This document shows, in pieces, positions 20,401 through 29,246 of a stretch of DNA of 64,000 bases. The notes beneath the pieces are model-generated. The model searched no databases and was not told the DNA's origin. It was given only the letters and a program-made list of their open reading frames with translations. Positions within the stretch are counted from its first letter, which is position 1; each line of letters starts with the position of its first letter. The DNA comes from Candidatus Thorarchaeota archaeon (lineage in GTDB: Archaea; Asgardarchaeota; Thorarchaeia; Thorarchaeales; Thorarchaeaceae), in NCBI GenBank assembly GCA_029855935.1, contig JAGSHN010000018.1:32001-96000 (forward strand), read 5' to 3'. Position numbers and translations under genes: made by a program.

Positions 20401-22556
20401 ACCAGAGGATCAACATAGGTGACGCGGCCTCGGGAATCTCGGCATCAGCTGTCTACGCTTATGATGGCGCCTCCTATGACGGCACGCTGGCTCTCAACGA
20501 TACCACGTTCGTCTACGCCACTGTGGGCAAGAGAGGATACACTGTCGCAAGTGCGGCAGGCGACGACACCTATGGAATCTCGGCAATACTCTCCAACGAT
20601 GAGACCTACTGCGTCTGGGATGCCCTGATTGCAAGCGTCACCGACCCGGTTGACCAGCGAATCAACGTGGGTGACACTGTGACCGGAGTGACCGCATCGG
20701 CGGTCTACGCCTACGACAATGCGGTCTATGACGGCACGCTGATCCTCAATGATACGAATCTGGCCTACGGTACTGTTGGCAAGAGAGGATATTCTGTGGC
20801 CTCTGGTGCTGGCGATGATTCCTACGGCATAACGGTCGTCCTTTCCAGCGGGGAAACATACTGCATCTGGGACGAGATTGAGGTGCAGGGCTACACGGTC
20901 GCGGATAGTCGCGTCAATATCGGGACAACGGTCACCGTCCAGGTCTTGCTCCGGTACGCGTACGACAGTGCGTATGTCAACACCGCGACAGTGATCATCA
21001 ACGGCCTCGTGGCATCACACGCCGGAGATGGTACGTGGGAGGTCACGGTGAGCAGGAATGTCGTGTCAAGCAGGACTCTCAACAATGTGACCGTTGAGAA
21101 TGACGCATTGTACGGCATTGACGTCTTGAACCAGAATGGTCAGTCAGTGACCATAATCTGGGATGCGATAGAGGTCTACGAGATTGGCTCACCTGAGTGG
21201 GTGCTCTCGGGCGAGTCGTTCACCGTCTGGGCCAGGCTAAGACTTGCCTTCGACGGCCACGAGCTCGGTGCGGAGGACAATGTGATCATCGGCAACATAG
21301 CGGCCACCTGGAACGGCTCCTGCTTCGTCATCTCTGACTCGTACTCTGGAACCGGTGCTAGAACCTACCACGTGAACGCCACAGTGGAGGCCACCTATGG
21401 TATCTCTACTATCGAGGCAGTGGAGACGACAACAACGAAGGTCACGGACACGCCAGGAATCACTGACCTCAGCAGCGACTTTGAGCCTGCGAACAACCTC
21501 TACGTTGGCGTTCTCTCAACCGACCCGCTCTGGATACAGTGGGACCCTGTCAATGACCCGCAGCCGCCAGAGTTCTCGTTCACAGTCACAGGAGCCTACA
21601 TTGACGAATGGACTGTGACCTCCTCGTGGAGCAACTCCACAGTGGCCACCGGAACAACTGCCGGGCAAAAGACTGTTGCAATCGAGAGCGGACTGCCCTA
21701 CAGTGCCAAGAACTACACGTACAGAATCGAGGTCAGAAACGAGGCGGGATACTCAACATATGTCGATATCTATGTCCTCGTGACGGACTTCACGGCACCA
21801 ACAATTGTCGGTCCGGACGACGTATCGCTTGAGGCTGGTGACAGCATAGTTCTGAACTGGACCCTCGATGACGCGCACCCGGGTGAGCTCAGGGTCATCA
21901 TCGACGGCACGCCCGGTGCGTACGAGGAGTGGGAAACGGGCGAGTTCCGGCTGACTGTTGAGGGCAACTCCCTTGGTGAGCACAACTACACGATTGAGGT
22001 CAATGACGACTTTGGCAACGTGAGGACAGACACCGTGATCGTCACAGTTGTCGATACAACGCCTCCAGAGATCAGTCACCCCGATGACGTGGTCATGTCC
22101 GAGTCCGACACAAACGTCACCATAGAATGGACGGGATCTGACCTCTTCCCCGGGACCTACGCCATATTTCGAAACGACACCGTCATCGAGTCGGGACGCT
22201 GGAACTCCAGCAGCGAGACGATCAGCGTCAGACTTGATGGTCTGGCACTAGGATACTACGTCTTCAGACTTGTGCTCAACGACACTTCGGGCAACTCCGC
22301 GAGCGATGAGGTTGCCGTCCAGGTCACAGCAGAGACCACAACAACGACCACCACCACGACTACAACGACGACCACTACTACAACAACGACCACAAGTACA
22401 ACGTCGGAGACCACCGGGGTCACGACAATCACGACCACAATCACAGGACCAGGTTTCACACTCGTGGTGATGATAATAATTGGCGCCGCGGGCGGAATGA
22501 TTGTCATTGTGATCGTGATTCTCAACAGGAAGGGCGTCATAGGCTCCGGACCGTAG
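17460..22556 (+). CDS. large repetitive cell-surface protein (Ig-like repeats, Thr linker, TM), 1698 aa
   Basis: Signal peptide; repeated units ending (I/V)WD; DTTPP/DFTAP Ig-like modules; poly-Thr; TM. Confidence 0.88.
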   Translation: MRASRILLIMSLLLMSSLFVVSFSMMTSTTSIRAEDDNSDSGLETISFLEPVNKFGTATSVWDYVDEHYKSNLGKVTDFIYMTQNNDDAATLSEAASSYALLEYRRTWSPWLPGGWSSTGDFKLVNTGGVDGDDYAGCGFEEQHTAHGTLTSPTYNMAGVESFKFSVYLKDYRHAGSSADLKVYFKDSSGNWDYKFDLENCGEADANGWRYKAMTVTDSQYLHGSFQVKYEATQVGQFEMVGVDNHRIEKGANHGLDQEFRFTNVDYNRFADERLTIYSSPLGGENMIAQCWTGSSWHTLGSISSSPQTFNVHDYLNSDTFRVRLIDETRGGDWTRNKWYISRMYLYLSNAIPTHPYTPTSDSLYDGGVFYARQSPHSSNYAYITTKHVDDDGYGDIDYCYIIGRVSGTVRWKARYTPAGNQWTIISGSSYIDLGPGSVIKSGTTITITWHIRFDWNHPDTNDLDIGLETDDGVSDVTTYFPTNWDVETGLELIYHGVTDSRVDVGGSLSVTGDIRYYGSASNIAPDPSEVEVYVTRSLTSSASWTGTPNGDGTFSVPVSVDTYVSNNRFSYQVRDTVHHVNRLTDPYSDDVIGDRVKVTDMHCDDPQNRTDVGASVTIYATLVYEYDDTPVTTGTVTINGITATHEGSGTWSITHSESSVTSITFDTVAISGDTYGLSVVNQNSQSVEVIWDQIIVGGYSVEDSWVNIGATVDVHVTLTYAYDGANVTDGTVTLNGYSASHVSGSAWVAPVSQSDVTRIIFNDVACSGNQYGITVVDQNGQQQPVTWDKVTVRSYSVTDARVNIGDSVTIQVEIEYEYDDTDVVDGSVTINGISATYTGSNGVWEITVTQSTVQQVTYDTVACVGNAHGISAVDQNGQSTSVIWDALVIHITDPTDQRIDIGANASGIAVSATYAYDGGAYDGSLTLNDTTFQFATVGRRGYTVSSAAGDDTYGISVILTNDETYCIWDALIVHLSGPSDQRINIGDAASGISASAVYAYDGASYDGTLALNDTTFVYATVGKRGYTVASAAGDDTYGISAILSNDETYCVWDALIASVTDPVDQRINVGDTVTGVTASAVYAYDNAVYDGTLILNDTNLAYGTVGKRGYSVASGAGDDSYGITVVLSSGETYCIWDEIEVQGYTVADSRVNIGTTVTVQVLLRYAYDSAYVNTATVIINGLVASHAGDGTWEVTVSRNVVSSRTLNNVTVENDALYGIDVLNQNGQSVTIIWDAIEVYEIGSPEWVLSGESFTVWARLRLAFDGHELGAEDNVIIGNIAATWNGSCFVISDSYSGTGARTYHVNATVEATYGISTIEAVETTTTKVTDTPGITDLSSDFEPANNLYVGVLSTDPLWIQWDPVNDPQPPEFSFTVTGAYIDEWTVTSSWSNSTVATGTTAGQKTVAIESGLPYSAKNYTYRIEVRNEAGYSTYVDIYVLVTDFTAPTIVGPDDVSLEAGDSIVLNWTLDDAHPGELRVIIDGTPGAYEEWETGEFRLTVEGNSLGEHNYTIEVNDDFGNVRTDTVIVTVVDTTPPEISHPDDVVMSESDTNVTIEWTGSDLFPGTYAIFRNDTVIESGRWNSSSETISVRLDGLALGYYVFRLVLNDTSGNSASDEVAVQVTAETTTTTTTTTTTTTTTTTTTTSTTSETTGVTTITTTITGPGFTLVVMIIIGAAGGMIVIVIVILNRKGVIGSGP
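20115..20870 (+). repeat. three tandem ~252-nt (84-aa) coding repeats
   Basis: DQRI.(I/V)G...SA.YAYD...YDG.L.LNDT...TVG.RGY.V...AGDD.YGI...ETYC.WD repeated three times, visibly similar at DNA level. Confidence 0.85.
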
Positions 22557-22570
22557 CCACACATACGGAT

Positions 22571-22630
22571 GGAGAGTGGCAGATAGCCGGGCCAACCCGG
22601 CCTCCACTCCCGCCATTTTCTCTTTTTCCT
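22571..22630 (+). terminator. hairpin plus U-tract after surface protein gene
   Basis: GCCGGG-CCAA-CCCGGC inside GAGTGG/CCACTC, then TTTTCTCTTTTT. Confidence 0.6.
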
Positions 22631-23119
22631 CTCATCGAGCGAGGAGCAGGTGGGCAACGGCCCGCGTCGGATTGCCATTTGCACCCCACGTCGCGCCCAA
22701 AGGGAGCACAGTGGTCCTAGCGTATCCGGGGTGGCAACAGGAAACTCTGACGACAACGGGGATGAAGACAGGTGATTGTCGTCATTGGAGGGTAATATCC
22801 TCGCGTTAGTCAATGATCAAACGGGTGAGCTCACAAACAAGGTGCTCTGGTTTCATAGACCCTCATTGGCCCGCATTGGTGCATACTCGTGCTGGTGAGC
22901 AATTCCGCCCTGTCGTCATCATCTCTCAGATTCGAGAATGGTGTGATCTTGACGAGATACAACTCGTTGTGATCTGGAAAGATGAATCTTGAACAGACTG
23001 ATGTACGTCTGGCGTAGACCACTCGCCATAGATTTTCAAAGTCTTGACAAGTCATAGTTTCCGGCATCAACCCAAGTTCACAACAACACAGAAACCGTCT
23101 GCTTGGTCAAGACTTGAGT

Positions 23120-23476
23120 CTACGCCAACGAAAGGATGTTATAAAGTGTGTAACGAATTTTGAGTAGATCTTTCTTTACAATTGGCTCAGGGGTCTTCTG
23201 TGAAATCCGCTGTATCGAAACGGTGCGAATCTGATGACACAACGCAAAGGACTTTGACCGTAGCCCCCTCACCATTTCAACAGGGACAACCGTCCACCAA
23301 TTTCGCCTTTTGGTTGTAAGTGGAACAATAATGGCAAGTCCAAGGTCCTTGCTAGTGTTCCTATGCCTCGTAGGAATTGCAACAATGACGCACGGTCTTG
23401 TCTTTGCCTCTTCGTGCCCGACCACGGGGTCAAGGTTGACGTGGACAATATCGCCTACGGAAAACGTGTCACCCAT
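23120..23476 (-). CDS. mazF: PemK/MazF family endoribonuclease toxin
   Basis: GDIVHVNLDPVVGHEEAKTRPCVIV, IVPLTT, ALCHQIRTVSIQRI. Confidence 0.9.
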   Translation of the reverse strand: MGDTFSVGDIVHVNLDPVVGHEEAKTRPCVIVAIPTRHRNTSKDLGLAIIVPLTTKRRNWWTVVPVEMVRGLRSKSFALCHQIRTVSIQRISQKTPEPIVKKDLLKIRYTLYNILSLA

Positions 23477-23484
23477 CTACGCAG

Positions 23485-24279
23485 TCACTCCAGATCTGAA
23501 TCGATACGGCCAAAGTCTTCGGCTATTTCGATGTCTTCGGGACTTGGAACGATACCCTCAACCCGAAGAGTCGAGCCAGCACATTGCTGGTCTGTTAGCA
23601 TTGAGAGCTGTGCAATTGTTTCTTGTGTCCAATCGCGGAGCAATACCTGAAGTTCTTGAATCTGTTTCTTGGTCAGGGTTGCTTGCATCTGGGCTAGTCC
23701 GATTACCACTATCACCAAAGTCGGGAACAGCGCAAGGTTGTACGTCATTATCCACCACGACAGGGACAAACTGTCAATTTGCCCTTCGTCACTCTCTACT
23801 GCTGTTGCATCTGGCATCTCGGAAGTGTCATCAACAATGCGTCGAAGCTCTTTCATAAGCCTTTGAAAGTCAGAGTATTCGAGATGGAGATTTCCGTCCG
23901 GTCCCGCTTCAACAGAGAACATAAGGACTGGCAGTAGAGTCCTGAGAGTATCGAGCGCAAATGTGAAGTTAGAGAGAACAACTGAGCCATAGAGTTCTCT
24001 AAGCGTTTCAAACAGTGCACTGTCCTCCGCTATTCTTTGGAAGAATGACTGAAGTGACTTATACGCGGAGATTGCTGTCTTCTTTGCCTTTTCTATGTCC
24101 TGAAACATCGCCAGAAACGAAGACTCGAACTCCTCTAGGACAAGCTTCTTGATGGCTGCACCAATTGATTCTCTTGAGAATTCCTCAATAAGCGCTTGCA
24201 GATGACTGTCGACATGCTTGGGTTCACCCATCAAATGCGCACTGATCATGCTGGAGCGATTGGGAACCATTTGCATCAT
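23485..24279 (-). CDS. hypothetical helical protein, putative MazF antitoxin
   Basis: Directly upstream of mazF (8-nt gap); acidic C-terminus; GGAGG RBS. Confidence 0.6.
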   Translation of the reverse strand: MMQMVPNRSSMISAHLMGEPKHVDSHLQALIEEFSRESIGAAIKKLVLEEFESSFLAMFQDIEKAKKTAISAYKSLQSFFQRIAEDSALFETLRELYGSVVLSNFTFALDTLRTLLPVLMFSVEAGPDGNLHLEYSDFQRLMKELRRIVDDTSEMPDATAVESDEGQIDSLSLSWWIMTYNLALFPTLVIVVIGLAQMQATLTKKQIQELQVLLRDWTQETIAQLSMLTDQQCAGSTLRVEGIVPSPEDIEIAEDFGRIDSDLE

Positions 24280-25543
24280 CGACTACCTGCCTCCGAATTG
24301 GCTGGTGACTCCCACAGCTTTTTTTTCCGACCACGTTTGTGTTCCCGCCTAGCTCTCTATGATAGAACTTTCGGTTTCGCTCTTATCATAGTTTTCTGCC
24401 TGAAACGCGTGACTTTATCCCGACGAAACATTCAGCCCATCGTCGCTGTGCACTCTTGGGAAACGAGGGGTCGCTACGAAACCCGGCCGTACCATTGCAG
24501 TTGTCGTGGAACACCTTGTAGTCAGACTCTAGATAGCTGAGGCGAGTGTTATGTATCTGCTCGACGGTCCTTGCAGGACTGCTGTGCCGATAGTCGTGAA
24601 TCTCCACACGTTCCCCGCAGTCGGTCTTGGTTCGCTTCTCCGTGCTAGTGGAGAGCCTTGTCTGCTGCAGGGGACACATCGGCAGTCACTCATCGTGATA
24701 GGTCACAGGAAGGCCGTTCCACGCCCATACATTGTTCTGGAGAGGACACTGTCAGCCTACTTGGACTGGCGCCCTCCCGGTAGTACCGCACCTGCATACA
24801 GACTGCGCTTCTTGTGTGTGTCCAGCCTCTCGCAACAAGCGAGACCCCAGTTTCTTGCTGGCATCATAGAGCGAAATTGCGGGCACACCCTTCCAAGCGG
24901 CCGATAGACTGTGATCCAATGACAGGTTTGCAGCATCGGAGCCACAATATTCAGTTAGGTCCTATGCGTGGATACATTCAGTCGGGACTCACTAGACAAG
25001 GTTCCAACTCCGAAGAGAACTACAATGCTCAAGTAGAAGCCTCTAAGAGAAACACCAGAACTATGTTTCCGGTGACCACTTGAGATCGCGGCGGTTTCGA
25101 CGTGGGTCACGTCACAAAGAGCCGAATCACCAAGTTCGGGAGCAGGGTCAGTTGAGGCGGGTTCGGCTCCCGGTTCTGGCCGCGTAGATAGAAGCTGCGA
25201 GCTGTCATACACCGACGTTGCCTCGTAGTACTAGTTCTGCGTGTAGTTGGTGACTAGCCTCTGCATCATCCGCATAATGGTGTTGGAGAAGAACTGGAAG
25301 GATTCAGAGCCGCTTGACAGATATAGGCCACGAGTAGCCAACAACTGAGCCTGACCGTAGTCTCTCGCTTGAAGAAGAGGAGGGCTTTGGCGAATTGTTC
25401 ATAGTCAGACTATGTGGCTCTGCGGAATCAGGTTATCCTAGGCGGGCCCAGCCCGTGTCGAGTCGCCATCTACGGCCAGCGTCATGCTCAAGTTCATCCA
25501 CCAAAAGACCAATTACGAAAGTGCTCAATCTCAGCGGGAGTGA

Positions 25544-27547
25544 GTGTGTTTCATATTGGAAATTCCGTCGGAGTTCGGTCATCTGAGGGAAGACTCAAGC
25601 ATCCCGTGGGAGAGGATAGTATCAGAGGCCAATTCTAGGCGTGAGAAGAACTACTTCATTGCCTTTACCGATGTCGCAATCGAGTTCGCAAGGAAGGAGA
25701 GTATGAAGAAGCGCCCACGGGAGGGAGTGGTCATCCTAGGCATCGAGGCTGCGCTGACACGTGGTCGACTGGCGGACGTTCTCTTCCTCTCTGATAGCAG
25801 TGATAGCATCGCCGTTCTCAGCCTGAGAGCAATTGCGCTCTTCGTTATCTCCGATACCGAGGGACTGAGGCACGTTCTCGAAACCGTGGAGGCGAAGGTG
25901 AGCGATGAGTCTCCAGTCACAGACAGGGTGAGAGTCTCGACGGTTCGAATCCTTCTTGCGGCCGTGGAGAGGGATACAAGCGTCATAATGTGCATAATGG
26001 AGTTTGATAATCTGCTTGACAACTATCCTGAGCAGGTCGAGCAGCCCCTGACAGAGACTATGTTCGCACTCTACGTGGTCGGTACTCTGCTCAAAGAAGT
26101 AGGGGAGGTGGGGAAGGCCTCGCGATTGGCCGACACGCTGGAGACAATGACAGAGTCGAAAGGCCACAGGATGCTCACCGCTCTCGTTGAGAACCTCAGG
26201 GGCAACATAGCCAACTACTTGGGAGAATACAGTAGAGCAGAGGAGCACTATCTCAGGTGCCGCGAGATCAGTCAGGAGTACGGTTTCTCTCTAGGCGTGG
26301 GAATGGCTCTAAACAACATGGGTTCACTGATGATAGCGGTCTTCAGGCTGGAGGAGGCGCTTGAGTATCTCCGAGAGGCGCTCAAGTATATGGACATAGA
26401 GACGCCAAGGCTCACCACACTCGTCAATCTGGGAGAGATTGCGACTCTCCTAGGCAAGACCGATGAGGCACGCGAGTACTTTGAGGAGGCTGTACGGATA
26501 GAGAAGAAGCTCCAGAAGGGAGTCGTAGAGACCTACACGCTGTACTGTTCCCTACTGTGTCGCCTTGGAGAAATGGACAAGGCAAGAAAGATGCTGTCCG
26601 AGGCCGCGAAGATAGCGGAGAAGTCGGAGAAACCAATCAAGCGATGTTCCTACCTACTCTCGCTCGCACTCTTCAACGCCAGCAACGGCGGGTATGCGGA
26701 GGCCAGAAAAGCGCTGGACGAGATGCTGACAATTGCCCGCGAACAGAAGGTCTTCGAGATGGTTGTCCGTGCCATCATCGAAACCGCGAGGGTCTATATG
26801 AGCGAGTTTGAGGCCACAGGCAACAGACAACTGATCTCTCAGGCGATGCAGTATCTAGACGACCTGACGCAGATTGCGAAGGAGCAGGACCTGCCATCGC
26901 TGCGAGCACGTGCGTTGATGCTCAAGGGAGAGTTGCATCGTCTCACTGGGGGCGTTCTCCAAGCGAAGGGCTATCTGGAACGTGCACTCAGTATTGCAAG
27001 ATTCAGGGATGACGCGATGTTGGAGGCACAGATAAGGGAGAGCCTAGAGACGTTGGGTGGCGCGGAGGAGGAAGATGTAGAAGAAAGTGTGATGAGCTCT
27101 ATGGACCGCATCTCAGTCTTCAGAACGCACGGCCGCTACAGAGAGGTTGCAACACCAACACTGCACGCCTTGATCACCATAATCAGAGAGTCTGGCCTGA
27201 CCGAGTTCGTTCACTATTTTGACAGCTCGCTTGAGATGGACAGCTCAATAATTGCAGGATTCATCACAGCCATTGCGGCATTTAGTTCAAAGTTGATGGA
27301 GTCTACGGGGAACCTGAGGACAATCTCGCACGAGGGATTCACCATCATGATGGAACATACTGAGAGACGGACGGTGGCTCTCATAGCGACTGAGGAGACC
27401 TATGAGATCAGATATAGACTGAGAAAGTTCGCGAAGGAATTCGATGAAAAGTTCCCACTGCCCGAGGGCGACGTCATCGAGACAAAGGTATACGAGGCGG
27501 CCACTGAGATGGTCAACCAGAGCTTCACAGACCTTATAGTGGCCTGA
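25544..27547 (+). CDS. TPR protein with C-terminal longin/roadblock-like domain
   Basis: TPR repeats (NLRGNIA, NNMGSL, NLGEIA); C-terminal ESGL...IIAGFITAIAAFS...ISHEG...LRKFAKEF pattern. Confidence 0.8.
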   Translation: MCFILEIPSEFGHLREDSSIPWERIVSEANSRREKNYFIAFTDVAIEFARKESMKKRPREGVVILGIEAALTRGRLADVLFLSDSSDSIAVLSLRAIALFVISDTEGLRHVLETVEAKVSDESPVTDRVRVSTVRILLAAVERDTSVIMCIMEFDNLLDNYPEQVEQPLTETMFALYVVGTLLKEVGEVGKASRLADTLETMTESKGHRMLTALVENLRGNIANYLGEYSRAEEHYLRCREISQEYGFSLGVGMALNNMGSLMIAVFRLEEALEYLREALKYMDIETPRLTTLVNLGEIATLLGKTDEAREYFEEAVRIEKKLQKGVVETYTLYCSLLCRLGEMDKARKMLSEAAKIAEKSEKPIKRCSYLLSLALFNASNGGYAEARKALDEMLTIAREQKVFEMVVRAIIETARVYMSEFEATGNRQLISQAMQYLDDLTQIAKEQDLPSLRARALMLKGELHRLTGGVLQAKGYLERALSIARFRDDAMLEAQIRESLETLGGAEEEDVEESVMSSMDRISVFRTHGRYREVATPTLHALITIIRESGLTEFVHYFDSSLEMDSSIIAGFITAIAAFSSKLMESTGNLRTISHEGFTIMMEHTERRTVALIATEETYEIRYRLRKFAKEFDEKFPLPEGDVIETKVYEAATEMVNQSFTDLIVA

Positions 27548-27581
27548 TGATGTACAGTCTCAAGACCGGAGAACCTGTGAC

Positions 27582-29246
27582 ATGACCACTATAGATGACA
27601 TTCAGCGTATCGTCACAATCGGAGAGACCCGCAATACTGAGTTCAAGAGAACGCTGACAAGAGCGGACCTCAAGAAAGACCGAAGAGAGAGACTCGTCGC
27701 GCGCATCCGGTACATGACCTGCGAGAGCCCCTTCGAGGGGCGATTCCTGGTTGGCATTGAGGACATCAACGACAGAGAATGGAAGATATACGGCCTCGAT
27801 GAGAAGCGCCTAAGAGAGGCTCAAGAGGTCCTCCACATAATCTGCGAGGAGGCGGGAGTCGAGATAGTTGAGGAGGAACAGATAGAGACTGAGAGAGGCC
27901 TTGTCGGTATGTTTCTCCTCAAGCGAGTGGTCACGCCAGAGGTCAAGGAGACCTGTTCCGTCAATGTCGCAGGACGTGTCAACTCCGGCAAGTCCACGCT
28001 GATTGGAGTGCTCGTGACGGGAAATGCTGACAATGGGAGTGGTCGGGCCAGATCGTTCCTCCTGACCCATCCTCAGGAACTCACCCGCGGACAGACCGCT
28101 GACATTCACCTGGCATTCATGGGATTCACCGAAGACGGAGAGATCCTCCATCTCGATGACCCGTTGAACAAGGGCGAGGCCGCAAGAGTACTGGACAGAT
28201 CTTCGAAGATTGTCACATTCTTTGACGCACCGGGACACAAAGAATACTCCAAGACTATGATAAGGAGTATTCTGGGCGCTGACGCACAGTATGGAATGGT
28301 GCTAGTACCAGCACCAGAAGAGGCCGATCTGATACGGCAGGAGGAGCTCCGTACCGGCATCCGCCGGCTGGACGATATCACCCGGGAACATCTGATATTG
28401 ATGGCCAGCCAGAAGATGCCCTTTATGCTGCTCATCTCAAAGGTGGACAGAGCAGACGCCGATGACATCACGCTTGTGAGCGAGGTGACTAGGTCCACGC
28501 TGAAGGAGATTGGAAAGATTCCCGTCACGGTGAACAGCCACGATGAGATTCCGCCAGTAGTCAGAGAGATGCCGAATGGTACTGTGGTGCCTGTTCTGCT
28601 CGTGTCTGCAGTGGACTCGCGTTCGCTAGACCTAGTGACAGAGATACTCCGACAGCTGCCGTCAAAGTCAACTGAGGACTCGCTCGACAAGCCAGCGCTT
28701 GCCTACGTTGACAAGGTCTACAGAGGGATTCGCGGTACCAACGTGGTCGTCACAGGGACCGTGAGGCAGGGCGTCTTCAAGACGGGTCAGATCGTCGTCC
28801 TCGGACCGGATCACAATGGTAGTCTGCTCACAGGCCGCATCTTCAGCATCGAGGTGTTCAAGAAACGTGTCAGCGGGGTGAAGGCTGGCGACCTCTTTGG
28901 CTTTGACATAAAGGATGTCGACAAGCACTCAGTGCGACGCGGCCAAGCGATTGCCGACTCTGAGGAACTCATCACTCCGTGCAGAGTGTTTGAGGCCAAC
29001 ATAGTAGTCACCCGTCACCCGACGCGAATCTCAGTGGGCTACTCTCCCGTCTTGCAGTGTCACACGATTCAGCATACCGTCGTCCTGCGGAAGATCTACA
29101 ATGCCGAGTATCTCTGCGTAGGCGACTTTGCCAGAGTACGACTGGAGTTCTCGATGTATCCCGAGGCCATAGGCGTGGGCGACAAGATAGTGCTGAGAGA
29201 GGCGAACACTCGGGCCATCGGGACGGTCATTGAGATCATCAAGTAG
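27582..29246 (+). CDS. archaeal GTPBP1/2-like translational GTPase
   Basis: N-terminal GETRNTEFK domain; G1 GRVNSGKST, RGQT, DAPGH, SKVD, SAV; EF-Tu-like domains II and III. Confidence 0.85.
   Translation: MTTIDDIQRIVTIGETRNTEFKRTLTRADLKKDRRERLVARIRYMTCESPFEGRFLVGIEDINDREWKIYGLDEKRLREAQEVLHIICEEAGVEIVEEEQIETERGLVGMFLLKRVVTPEVKETCSVNVAGRVNSGKSTLIGVLVTGNADNGSGRARSFLLTHPQELTRGQTADIHLAFMGFTEDGEILHLDDPLNKGEAARVLDRSSKIVTFFDAPGHKEYSKTMIRSILGADAQYGMVLVPAPEEADLIRQEELRTGIRRLDDITREHLILMASQKMPFMLLISKVDRADADDITLVSEVTRSTLKEIGKIPVTVNSHDEIPPVVREMPNGTVVPVLLVSAVDSRSLDLVTEILRQLPSKSTEDSLDKPALAYVDKVYRGIRGTNVVVTGTVRQGVFKTGQIVVLGPDHNGSLLTGRIFSIEVFKKRVSGVKAGDLFGFDIKDVDKHSVRRGQAIADSEELITPCRVFEANIVVTRHPTRISVGYSPVLQCHTIQHTVVLRKIYNAEYLCVGDFARVRLEFSMYPEAIGVGDKIVLREANTRAIGTVIEIIK

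Noticed and set aside
22800-25400. Integrated mobile element
   Set aside because: No integrase, transposase, tRNA target or terminal repeats seen
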